Of a stretch of 64,000 bases of DNA, positions 1-10,651 are shown one piece after another. The stretch is from Picochlorum sp. SENEW3 (taxonomy: Eukaryota). The notes under the pieces were generated by a model. That model saw only the letters and a list, made by a program, of their open reading frames with translations, searched no databases and was not told where the DNA came from. Position 1 is the stretch's first letter, and the number at the start of each line of letters is the position of its first letter. The stretch spans positions 868,001 through 932,000 of the forward strand of contig CP120458.1 of NCBI GenBank assembly GCA_034226945.1, given 5' to 3'. A program made the position numbers and the translations under genes.

Positions 1-304
1 ACCTGCAGAGGCTTCCAGCGTCCTGGCAACCTGACGCGGCAGCGTCCTGCATCCCAGCACCTCTGACAAGGCAAGTGTGTGGTCTTGCCCGGCGATATTC
101 TTCATACCTGATAAATTCTATGAAATCGTACACAATGTTTTCAAGATGAACAATAAAATACGGTTCTTGCTTGAACCACTGAAGCTCCAGACACAACGAA
201 CGCTTTCTCCACCGCTTCCGAGTAGATCGGAACAAGACAATGCAAAAAAATACACTCGTATAAAAGTAAATAATTTTTTTATTTTCCAGTCTTACATGCC
301 CGGT

Positions 305-417
305 GGTGACGCATAGTGAAAGATGAGCACAATCCTCAAATTCGGATTGAGGGGCTCGATTCTCTTGAACGAGCCTTTACTCATCCCCACTACCATCACC
401 TCGTTTAGGCCAAGGTG
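305..417 (-). ncRNA. Unassigned structured RNA candidate (long stem plus three-way junction)
   Basis: On the minus strand, GGTGATG-GTAGTGGGGATGAGTA pairs with TGCTCATCTTTCACTAT-G-CGTCACC (G.U pairs favour this strand). The stem encloses hairpins GGCTCG/CGAGCC (353-375) and CCTCAA/TTGAGG (334-352). Confidence 0.45.
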
Positions 418-539
418 TTATAATTGATTGATTGCAAACAATTGACTCAAGCCATTCGTTCTCAGTGATGAAAGGGAAGAAGTGGAATCCACACACGACG
501 AGGCAAGCCTGGAAGTGTGCTTTGGAGGCACTGGGAAGA

Positions 540-725
540 TTTTGCCACCTCCTGTATCACAGCAGCCGCCAACCTCCCATCATCCCATTCAGAGACACTA
601 TACTGCAGCATTTCAGCCACCATGGCCGGCGTATGCTCATACTGATTCAACAAGTCAACCATGGCTGCCGACACTGCATCCAGCTGCTGGTATCGCAGCC
701 CAGTCAGCCCCAAAATCTGCCCAGC
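540..725 (-). pseudogene. Internal fragment resembling condensin subunit CAP-D2 (Cnd1/NCAPD2)
   Basis: AGQILGLTGLRYQQLDAVSAAMVDLLNQYEHTPAMVAEMLQYSVSEWDDGRLAAAVIQEVAK resembles the CAP-D2 N-terminal HEAT region. There is an in-frame stop just upstream (726-728), and similarity is lost after EVAK. Confidence 0.6.
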
Positions 726-1111
726 TCAGATCGCTAGAGGCCATTGGAAAGACACTTCCTCTCGCAGGGCTACGTGGGTACACGACAGAACAGGTTGTCC
801 GCTTGTGTGAAACATTAGCCGACTGTGATGCCGAAGTTCGTGATGTACCTGTTTGGGTCCTGAAAGCAGCCCGCAACTTTTTGAGATCCTTCCAATGGCC
901 AGGAGATGCTGCTGATAGACTGGCCTTTGCTGACTTGCTTTCCGCTGGCGAGGACTTTACTGCAGATATGACAGAAACCTACAGAGTCCTCGGAATGGAT
1001 GAGAGTTCTGTCTCATCGTTAGAGGACTACTTGCAGGAATACTTCACCAGAATTTTGAAAAAGCTCAAGGAGGTGGGAGCCTCATCAAAACAGACAAACT
1101 TTTATGTATAA
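725..1111 (+). pseudogene. HCF244: C-terminal fragment of HCF244/Ycf39 (atypical SDR, PSII assembly)
   Basis: LRSLEAIGKTLPLAG...FQWPGDAADRLAF...LEDYLQEYFTRILKKLKEVGASSKQTNFYV matches the HCF244 C-terminus. The N-terminal Rossmann part is absent; residues 1-81 of ORF 482..1111 are unrelated. Confidence 0.8.
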
Positions 1112-1192
1112 CATGTGGATTGATTGATTGATTAATTAACAAACTAGTTCGTATGCGATTCGCAATCGAAAATTAGAGACCTCCATTCCATT

Positions 1193-1660
1193 TCACAGCA
1201 GATGGTAGTCTGCATCACGAGGCATGTTGACATCAGGAATGGGAACAGTACTGTCAGTCTTTGGAACATGCCAACCCTCCTTCTCGAGTTTTTGCCGAAA
1301 CAGAGTTGGATACTTCCTCTCTTCTTCTGTCCTAGTATCTTCTATTCGCACAGGAGTGCCTGTCAACAACAGCGGCTCTCTGAAATTCTCATTCAACCAT
1401 GGTGTCGGTTCAAGCCTGTAATCAATAATCCTGCGCAATGCATCAGCCCCCATACTCGACGTGATCTCATACCGAATATCCTGGCACATACGAGCACATT
1501 TGTAACCCTTCACGGTACTCAAATCAATGTATTTTGTTTCCTGTCCAGATGCAATATGACGGAGCCAGAGATTGACGTCTGCAACACCAACAACATCTGC
1601 AACTCTCTCCTCAATCGCTCGAGACAATCTGAGCAACGTCGCTTGAGCATCTGGGGCTCT
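1193..1660 (-). pseudogene. Hypothetical protein fragment, apparently 5'-truncated or frameshifted
   Basis: 147-aa protein-like ORF opening at TTG with in-frame stops upstream; only ~100 bp separate it from the RRF stop. Confidence 0.35.
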
Positions 1661-1757
1661 TTAACACTCCTGCTACCATGGCTGAATAGCTTCTTCCAAG
1701 ATAAGGGAAAGTGCCTGGGCCATGAAAACTAACATGTATACATCGTACTTATTATTA

Positions 1758-2225
1758 CTATACTTTGGTCAGCTCATCAGATTTAGCCTTCGTCAACGCA
1801 TCAATCTGCTTGACGTAATCATCCGTGAGTTTCTGCACAATATCTTCCAAATTCTTCCTGCCATCCTCACCGATATCACCATCCTTTTCCAGTTTCTCAA
1901 TTGACTTCATGGCATCGCGTCTAATATTCCTCACGGCCACCTTTCCCTCCTCTCCCATCCTACTTGTCACTTTTGTCATCTCTTTACGGCGTTCAGCAGT
2001 GAGTGGAGGCACCTGGAGGCGAATGACCTTTCCATCATTGTTGGGGGTGAGATCCAGATCAGACCCCTGGATTGCCCTCTCGATGTCTGGAATGGCACTA
2101 ATATCGTATGGTTGAATGACAAGCAAAGAGGCCTCTGGTGTTGTCACATTGGCAATCTGCTGCAATGGGGTTGGTGCCCCATAGTACTCGACAACAATAC
2201 GATCCAGCATGGAAGGACTTGCCCT
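1758..2225 (-). pseudogene. frr: Ribosome recycling factor (plastid type), 5'-truncated
   Basis: RASPSMLDRIVVEYYGAPTPL...PNNDGKVIRL.VPPLTAERRKEM...KVAVRNIRRDAMK is the RRF signature. The N-terminal helix (..FNTIRTG) and a transit peptide are not found upstream. Confidence 0.85.
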
Positions 2226-2400
2226 GTTCAAAAGACGTCTGAGACGGTGCGAGAGGTGCGTTTCGGGGCGTGTCGCCCGTTGGTATTGAACTTCAAACTC
2301 TTGTGGAGTATTTTGACATTCCCCTACAAGTAAATTTTATATTGAAGGCAAATCAGTGCACGAATGCACTGTGATTGCACGACATACATGTATTTGTTTC
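2226..2400 (-). ncRNA. Putative Fanzor omegaRNA scaffold / element right end
   Basis: Lies directly 3' of the Fanzor-like stop. Hairpins: CAGTGCA-TTCG-TGCACTG (2354-2371), CTTGT.GGGG../..CTCCACAAG (2300-2330, extended by CTTCAA/TTGAAG) and GGGCG-ACA-CGCCC (2266-2278). The tract ends ...GACGTCTTTTGAAC at the RRF junction. Confidence 0.55.
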
Positions 2401-2589
2401 TTATTTCTTCATAGTTCTTGAGAATGTTCTAGGGCGATCCTCATACAGTGTCTTCCAGAGTAGCAAATTGAACATGTTGATTCCAGCATTCGTGTCCCTG
2501 TTCCAGGTTGTTCCAACACATGTGATGTTTCTGCAGCACTTCAACCTGAAAACACACCTATCCTTCATCTGATACATGAAATCTGTGTA
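2401..2589 (-). mobile_element. C-terminal remnant of a Fanzor/TnpB-family RNA-guided nuclease
   Basis: Manual translation: YTDFMYQMKDRCVFRLKCCRNITCVGTTWNRDTNAGINMFNLLLWKTLYEDRPRTFSRTMKK*. It shows zinc-finger Cys residues, the RuvC-III motif WNRDxNAxxNM and a terminal RPxxFxR. Only 58 aa from the first Met, so it is absent from the ORF track. Confidence 0.8.
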
Positions 2590-3334
2590 TCAATACACAG
2601 ATTTCCTCCTCCACAGTGAACGCAGCGTCTTCATCACCTGCTCGGACGATCCATCGCTCACTATGTAACCTACTCATCATCAACATGCATGTATGTTGCT
2701 CTCGAATGATCATGATCCATCTCGTCGGTATACGTATCGTATTCCGTGGCTACCTAGTCCCTGTGGAGGTACCAAGGCACGTACCCTCTTTTTCCATACA
2801 CATATGCCATTTTCCCAGATTTTTTACACAATATGCTAGTATAAGATTGCAATCGAGCCCCTAAACACACCGTTCGGCGTGCCTGGCGAGGCATCCCACA
2901 CGTGGAGGAAGCACAAGTAAAAATGGAACGATGGCTTATTGTACTCTGCATCATGGCAATCAAAACGACTGTGATTGCATAAATGTGGCCTCTCGGTGGC
3001 GTCATCCGACTCCATTGGTCGAATACCACAGATGACTTGTGGTCAGGAGAGCGATGTCATATCTCCGGTCGGCTGAATCCAAGGACCGGTCATCGAACAT
3101 GTTCTGTACAGAGCATCCCAAGCTGCCATATGGCCTGCATTGGACGACGGTACTCAAGTCAGAGTCGTCATGTGTATTCATGCGCTCACATGCGGGCATC
3201 GAACTCATTGTTAATGCTACATATACTGTTATTATTCTGAATTTGCGGGGTCACCCAAAAGCTATTTGTGTCCGTGTATACGGCACCCGTGCAGAGTCTC
3301 GTCTCGGAACGTGAACGAGGGTAGTGTGACGAGA

Positions 3335-4113
3335 ATGCTTGCGCTACTTGTAACACGTGCATTGCTGCCGAATGCTCGGGGTTTAGAGTGTTCTCCTACC
3401 CCGGAGGAGGTATGTGACATGTGCTTGCGTGTGTTGTACGGTAGGATGGGGTTTAGAAGTGGATATTGGGGATGCAGGAGGAACAGATGAACTCGGTTTT
3501 CGATGCTCTCTACGAGCATCTTCCTCGGAGACAGAGAGGATTTATTGAAGAACATACTAGTATGGGATTTGCAGGCTTCTTAGGTGTTTCATATGCGTTG
3601 AGCATGAAGATTAGCATTAAAGAGGATGAGCACCTCATGGTGCTTTTGTATGGGAATGTTGAGAGTAATTATAGTGGCATGGATAATGCGGATTATCTTT
3701 TGGAAGAGTACAAGGACGCCTGTGATACACAGCATGTTTCTGGTTTCATGTTGGATACGGAAACAATTATTCAAAACGTGACGGGTGATTACTTTGCATT
3801 GATTCATGACAGGGTGTCTGATAAGTTGATCATAATCAGAGGAGGGGCATCTTCGGATCTATCGATGAATCATTTATACTGGGGTACACATCGGGATACC
3901 AAAAATATCGTATTTGCCGATGATCAGGATCTCGTGTCGCGTCTCTGTGACCAGGTGCATGTGTTCCCCTTGCAGCACATGTGTGTCTTTTCCCCGGGCG
4001 AAGAATTGAAACAAGCATTGTTGGTCAAAAAGGCGGCATCGAAAAAGAAGATTAAATCAGGTCTTTTAAAAGTAGAAAGTGCGAACAATTGTATTGGTCT
4101 TTCACATCATTAG
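3335..4113 (+). CDS. Wali7/aluminium-induced/DUF3700-like Ntn-hydrolase-fold protein
   Basis: Exon 3335-3409, intron 3410-3456 (GT..AG), exon to 4113. Motifs GDYFALIHD..., LYWG....IVFADD......C....FP and C-terminal KVESAN. Confidence 0.6.
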
Positions 4114-4127
4114 ATAGATACATGGAG

Positions 4128-5660
4128 TTATTTTTGTAAAGATGAAGCAGCTTGTATTCCTGCAAGCCTCCCGCTGCACCATGCAAATAGGAAATTGAAT
4201 CCACCAATTCTACCGTGAATGTCACATAATTCTCCACAGATGAATAAATTCGGCATGATTGTGGACTCCATTGTCGTACAATCCAGTTCTGAGAGTGGCA
4301 CACCACCACCAGTAACCTCTGCCTTTGGATATCCCTCATCACCGGTGACCTGCAGAGGGTATTCTGTCACGTTTGTCAGAAGTTTGATACGCTCTTCTTT
4401 TTTCAATTCTGCAATGATTCTATCATCTGGTATACCAGATTCTTTGCATAAAGCCTTGCAAAGGCGAAGGGGTATGTTTGACCGACGTAGTAGTGAGGTC
4501 ACATGTGATTTTCCTGTCAAGCCAAACTGCCCTGGGTCTGACAATGCATCCTGTAACCTTGAAGAGGTCAGCTCTAGATCCCATGCCACGCGGAAATCGG
4601 GAAGGTTCCTTTGACCTCTGGAGGCTGCCATGGTGTACATGTGTGAAAGATCCAGAACTGATGGACCAGAAAATCCCCTGTGAGTGAAAAGAAACCCATG
4701 TCGTTTTGAATGCAAGGCCTTGATATTTTTCTTCTTCTTCTTTTTATTGGTAGTCGTCGTGCTTTTTTGTGCATTGTCTACTACCGCATCACCCAGAGTG
4801 GGTTTCACAGATAGATCCACTGATGTCAGTGAAACACCAGAGAGCTCTTCAGATGCCGGCAGAATACCTTTCAGTGGCGTCAATGCAGGATATGTACTGG
4901 ATACAGTATGTCCTAAGCTTTCTAAAATAGCATACCCCGTTCCAGTAGTTCCCAGATTGGGAAACGACTTGCCACCTGTTGCCATGATGACCCGCGAATG
5001 GGATACAGTGTCATTCGAACCGGAAAATCGACATAGCCACATGCAAGACACTTCATCCCAGGTGATCGACTCGAGATCATGGGAATATTGCAGCGTGACA
5101 TTGTTTGTATCCAAACAGCTTTGCAAGAGCCGATCTCTCACCTCTGCCCCTGAATTTGAAACAGGAAACACCTTGTTTGTTTCCTTCTCCACAGTCATCT
5201 CTATCCCTATCTCATTCTCCAACCAATGTCTACATTCTTCTAGGCTCCACTGCCCAAATATTGATCGTACACATCCGGGCTTTGCATCACAGAAGAAATC
5301 TTCCTCCAAGACAACATTCCCTGGCAAAATGTTACATCGAGTCCCTCCACTGATCTGAATCTTTTTACCGCTCTCATTCGTCTTCTCATACAAACAAACA
5401 CGAGCCCCTTGTGAAGCCGAGAAATACGCTGCTGTCAGTCCAGCGGCACCAGCCCCGAAAATGCCCACATCCTGGTGTTGTGTTGTTGCACTCACCCTGC
5501 CAGTGTGACCCCTTCTCCATGCAGATGGCCATCGATGGCATGACCGCAGATGTCGATACCTGCTACTAGGACAGCACAAGGCAGCCCTAATCGATTCAGA
5601 TGCTCTCTCAACCCCGAGGCAACGTTGGTCGTGGCATGTTGTTACAGCAGCATGCCCCAT
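4128..5660 (-). CDS. HI0933/YhiN-family flavoprotein (FAD/NAD(P) oxidoreductase)
   Basis: GAGAAGL, GKKIQISGGTRCN, ATGGKSFP..GTTGTGY, FTHRGFSGP, AEVTGGGV, GRIGGFNF. Confidence 0.92.
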   Translation of the reverse strand: MGHAAVTTCHDQRCLGVERASESIRAALCCPSSRYRHLRSCHRWPSAWRRGHTGRVSATTQHQDVGIFGAGAAGLTAAYFSASQGARVCLYEKTNESGKKIQISGGTRCNILPGNVVLEEDFFCDAKPGCVRSIFGQWSLEECRHWLENEIGIEMTVEKETNKVFPVSNSGAEVRDRLLQSCLDTNNVTLQYSHDLESITWDEVSCMWLCRFSGSNDTVSHSRVIMATGGKSFPNLGTTGTGYAILESLGHTVSSTYPALTPLKGILPASEELSGVSLTSVDLSVKPTLGDAVVDNAQKSTTTTNKKKKKKNIKALHSKRHGFLFTHRGFSGPSVLDLSHMYTMAASRGQRNLPDFRVAWDLELTSSRLQDALSDPGQFGLTGKSHVTSLLRRSNIPLRLCKALCKESGIPDDRIIAELKKEERIKLLTNVTEYPLQVTGDEGYPKAEVTGGGVPLSELDCTTMESTIMPNLFICGELCDIHGRIGGFNFLFAWCSGRLAGIQAASSLQK

Positions 5661-5949
5661 GAACTACGAATTCAATTGAACCAAATGGCGTTCATAGCAC
5701 GCTCCAAGCACTGCAAAGAAACCAATATTGTCTATCAAGGATCTCAGCTTGACACATTGCCACCTAATCAATCCCTGTGCTTGGAAATTCCGACAGGCAT
5801 GCTCCATTTTTCAAAGTACGGTCCGATACAAGCGTTGATGGGACACCTTCCATATACTTGGAGATCCCTTAATACCTCAGGGATATTTCACACGAGCTCC
5901 CCAACGTTGGATCCATAGTATATTTTTGTAAACATATACATGTCTCTCA

Positions 5950-8900
5950 ATGGAGGGGCAAGGTGATTGTCTTTTAACGGCCTCACTGTCCGTTGCGTAC
6001 AACGACTTGTCGGATGTCTGGGGTGATTTAAAAGATGTACGAGTTCATCTTTCGATAGTATGCTATTTGGATGACATGTATCACAATTGAACAATTACTG
6101 CAGGATCTGGACGCTGTGCTGCCTCTTGATCAAGTATTGCTGAAAAATAAAGTAGGAAATAGTACTCGAGTGAAACATGTGCCAGTCAGGTAGGGTGCTC
6201 TCACTCGTATGGTTGATTTCTTTGAATTTTCATACATATAATGTCTATATTTTGATTTCAGGGTACTATCAGCTTCATCACGGGCGATGCATGAGTTGGA
6301 GCAGCATAAAAAGTCGTCCATGGCGTGGTTCAGACTTCCCTTTGCAGAGCTCGTCTGCTTTTCATGCGAGGATTATGACGAATACAAGAGGAATTTCAGA
6401 CTACAGTTGAGGGCAATGGTTGATCAGGAGACCAGGCTTCCAACTGATCCGATTCCAATTTTTGTCTATGTCCAGCCAAAAACTGTACAAGACCCAAAAG
6501 GACCATTGCGTGTGATGGATGCTGCGACGAAAGAGTTGAGCGATCGAGCTTCTTCGTTTCAATCAGTTATTCATATGGTCGCAGGTGATACATCGGGGCG
6601 TGCTGCATTGTCGACATCGCTGAAAGAGGCTCTATTCTTGAGCATAGAGGCTCGGCGTGCAGCCTATCACAATGAGGCAAGTAGAATCATCTTGCGATTG
6701 ATTCGCGATATTACGTCTCCAGTGAAATCTGATATCACATTTTCAGATCTTTACTTGGTGAAGGATTCGTCTGCTGCGATGTTGGAAGCGGCTGGGTTGT
6801 ATCAAGATGCAGTGACAGAGTACACTGAGATGGAAGCAATGATTGAAGAAACGTTTGCCCGAGTGTTGAGTGAGAATCCCACGGAAGAGAAGGATGCATA
6901 TGCATATTTAGTGTGTAGTGATATTAACTTGCCGGAAGCTTCGCAGCTGTGGCAGAATTGGTTTGTGAATAGATCAATTGTATCAACTGCTCCTCGTGGT
7001 GTCAAGCCTGTGACAAAAGAAGGACGGGCTTTTATTGACCTTGTGGTTTTGCCGGCGATTAAAGCCAATGTGATTCGTAATTTGGTCAAAGATGTGAAGA
7101 TTGTGGCCGCTTTGAAGACATATGTGCAGTTTGTTGAGAGGCATAGGGATTTGCTCCAACGATTTGAAGATGTCAAGAGATGTCCCTCAAATGTCGCATC
7201 TTCTTGGACATTCTCAGCCTGTATTGGAATGGCAGTGCTTGTATGCTCTCCTTCTGTCAGAGAATGTGGTCGGGTCTTTTGGTCAAAGTCAATGGAGGAA
7301 GTGGAGATTCTGTCAAGGGGGTCGGAGGATGAGATGTTGACACTCAATATGGCCATGGTAAAGGCTCTGAGGAAGGAGGAGAGAGATACAAGTGCCCAAC
7401 TATTGGGTAAGATTTTGATTATTGCTCGAGAGAGTTTGAAGGCTATTGGGAACTCGGATGGGTTTAGTGCTCCAGAAATGACTGCATCGGTTGAAGAGCT
7501 CTCAAGGCAGTTGGACAAGGGCTTTGATGGCTCACCCATGTCAACGCCGCTGCCAACGGTGCAAACTCCATCGCTGATAAAGACTCCAACAGATTCCATC
7601 CGTATGACTCCTCAGAATAGTTTGGGTCCTAATGATATCCGACTGATGCACTTTGAAGAGAGCATGCATTTGACTCATGAGCACACAATATCCATGGACA
7701 ATATCGACTTGTCGTCCCAACTTGCAAATGTATCTGTCACTGATGTGCCGTCTGAACAAGGGAATAAACCAATACAATCAGAGATATCTCTTCATACTCG
7801 TGATATCAGTGACAGTGGATCCGGTGCATCAATGTCTCCGAGAGTAAAGCATGACTCGGACAAGGCCCTGTTTCAACAAGGTCAACAAGGTGATGCAAGG
7901 CCCAACCTATCTCTTTCTCTTTTACGGCTAGAGAAGGAAATACAAAAGCTTAAAAAGTTATCGTGCTTGTACATCTCGACCGACGAGTCAGCACAGTTGC
8001 AGGAAACATCATGGAAGCCTCAGTATTGGAGGCTCCAGGTGTGTCTGTCTAGTGCTCATGCGTTTCAAAATATGTGGAAGGCAATCACGGTTGCATGCAA
8101 AGAATTTTTCGATGTATGTGGGTGGGAAAGAAATTCGTGCCTTTTCAAACTAGAGCTCGCCGATATTGCATATTTGGAAGGAAATGTCGGGGCTGCCATG
8201 GAAATTTACACATTCATTGTTGCTGATTTGTTGCACTTGAAATGGCACACATTGTTAGTATCAATTTTGCAGCGCCTTGCACTTTGTCAAGTGAAGGAGA
8301 AATGCACAGGAGTGATTTGGTCTTGTTATTTGCTGATGAAAGCATGCAGGGAGTTGTCCGCAACCACTCAAGAGCTCCAAAAATACTCACAGATGTTTGC
8401 ATCATCAACATGTCTTGGCGAACCCGTTCTGCCCCAGCCTTGGATAGCAAATTTACCATCGTCTTGCATGATTATGAACCCCTTATTATCTGTCAGAGGC
8501 TGCACTGGTGTGTTCATGTACGACCTCTCCAGGAGGAAAGCCTCAAATGGCTGCATAAAAGCTCACGTTGGCGACTCCGTGGAGATTGCGGTAAGGTGCA
8601 CAAACAATCTCGGGATGCCCTTTTCTCTGGACAAGGTGAAAATATGCTTGACAAGACTTCAGGAAATGAGTGGTACGTTTTCGTCTTCTTTTGAAAGACA
8701 AGAATTCTAGATTGACAACAGTCTATTCACTTGTTGCCCTGCAGAGATTTCAGAGATGCCAGACAGATCGGTAGCGAGTCCATCACTCGACACGCCTGTA
8801 CTGTTAGGACACACAAGCCCGCTTGTTTCTCCAGCAAGCCCTTATCATGACTCTTGGCGCCCAAACGTAGTTTCTCATTGGCGTGATATTGATGAAATAG

Positions 8901-10603
8901 AGGGAGAATGTACAGATGCATCCCCAGTACAGGTGAAAACAACTGAGACTACAATGCACTTCCTTGTGAACCCCATTAAATCTGGACTGTACAAACTAAG
9001 TTATATTTGTGGATTTTGGAATGAAGCTTTCATAGAAATTCAAAGTGAAGACCTAGAGAGGCAGGACGGGCAGACCATCATGTTGAAGGTCGACCCACCA
9101 GTGCCAAGGATGCATGTCAAGGCTGCAACGTTGGGCAATCCATCTCTGATATCTGGAGAAGAGCAATGGCTAGGGATAGAAATCGAACTAGAAAGGGATT
9201 CAGTGTCGCACGTGACCGTGAATATCGATTGGCCATCCCGCGATATGAAAGTGATTAAGGGTCCAAGAATTGGTGTGCACGATAGCAACGGAACCACTAC
9301 TCTCTTGCCATCTCAATTTCTGTTTTACCCCAAGCTGCACTCTGTGTTGGTACAGAACTTGTCTGGACTTGATGAAAAGCGTGTTATCGCTCCAGAGACG
9401 GGTGATGACATTTTATCAACCTCAGGACCGGCCTCGTTGTATGCTGTGGATTTTGCCAACGAGTCTGTCCATGCCCTACTATGGTGGCGAGTCTCCGTTG
9501 GCCACCTCGAGGTTCCCATAGAGGATGTTCGTATTTCTTCATACCGCGTTCGAAAAGATAATTCGTCCAAGAACCTACACCAGGACATTGATACAAAGAG
9601 AACTCTGTCGACGATTGACTTGCCTGTATCACTACTGTATTTTGACCAATGCAGTAGAGTCGCGGCTGCATCCGCAAAAATTACGATCGACCAGCCGTTT
9701 CAAATACAGACGGAGGCACGAGAGCTGGACAAAGGAATATTCTTGGTGTCCCTAAAGATCAGTTCTGCTACGGAACGAGAAGTGCAGATTGATTCTGTAG
9801 AGATTGACTGCCAAAAGGGATTTTCGATCAGCAAAAACATGTTGCAAGAATCTTGCAGCTTGCCACTTCTCTTGGATCCGCTCGGATCATGCCATGCATC
9901 ATTCATATTGCATCTAGATGCATCTCTTTTAGACAACAGAGCAGTGGCTCAGGCGATGGTATATAGAACAGGGAAACTGCTTCCATCTGCAGTAATAATT
10001 GCATATTCACCAGTGACTCCAGTGGAAACTGATAGAAACATCGCCATGGCAAGCCATTCACCTCGAGAGCAGCGCGTAGAGCATTCATTTGCAACAGTAT
10101 ACTCTGTCTTCGACCAAACCATGGGACCAGCTCACAAGGACATGGAAATGATGCAACAGGAGGCTGCAGCCCACCACGACGACAGCCATCCTACACCCAA
10201 GTGCAACCATATCCACAGGTTTGCTCTGCAGCTGTCATCCATCGACACAGATTCATACAATGTTTTCGTCTCTGTCAGGATGCTGGGTCCATTTTCGGCA
10301 ACCATTGGGTGTCCAGTGACTCTTTGCTGGCAATTAGAACGAGTGGGTACCTGTGAACGTAAAGCATTGTCACAGATATCCTATGAGATTCATGCAGACA
10401 GCCACACATGGTCTAGCACTAGCAAAGACCAAGGAAGAGTGTTACTCGGGCTGACACATGGTTCTATCGCAACGATCGAGGCACAATGGACACCCACGTC
10501 CCTAGGCACACTAGAGGTCCCTCTCCTCAGGTTGCATGATGTGTACTATGAAGAAGTTCGAGAGACTGGTGTCAAGAAAAACTACGTCATAGTTCGTTCC
10601 TAA
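5950..10603 (+). CDS. TRS130: TRAPPII subunit TRS130/TRAPPC10 (multi-exon)
   Basis: Small 5' exons (MEGQG...AYNDLSDVW; LPLDQVLLKNK), then WFRLPFAELVCFSCEDYDEYK and LYLVKDSSAAMLEAAGLYQDAVTEY. C-terminal Ig-like domain ends PTSLGTLEVPLLRL. ORFs 6287..8710 and 8756..10603 are joined by an intron. Confidence 0.8.
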
Positions 10604-10651
10604 TATTAATCAAATTGATTCATTTACATGTATATTGTGTCGCAAACAGTA

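Noticed and set aside
373..380. U5 snRNA loop-like GCCTTTAC
   Set aside because: One U short of GCCUUUUAC, not in a terminal loop, and no Sm-site context.
403..411. CCTAAAC as a telomerase RNA template for the 305-417 structure
   Set aside because: It is only one 7-nt rotation of the repeat, with no alignment extension and no pseudoknot before the long stem.
482..1111. 209-aa ORF as one intact gene
   Set aside because: The first 81 codons are largely the antisense of the CAP-D2-like fragment; only 725-1111 resembles HCF244.
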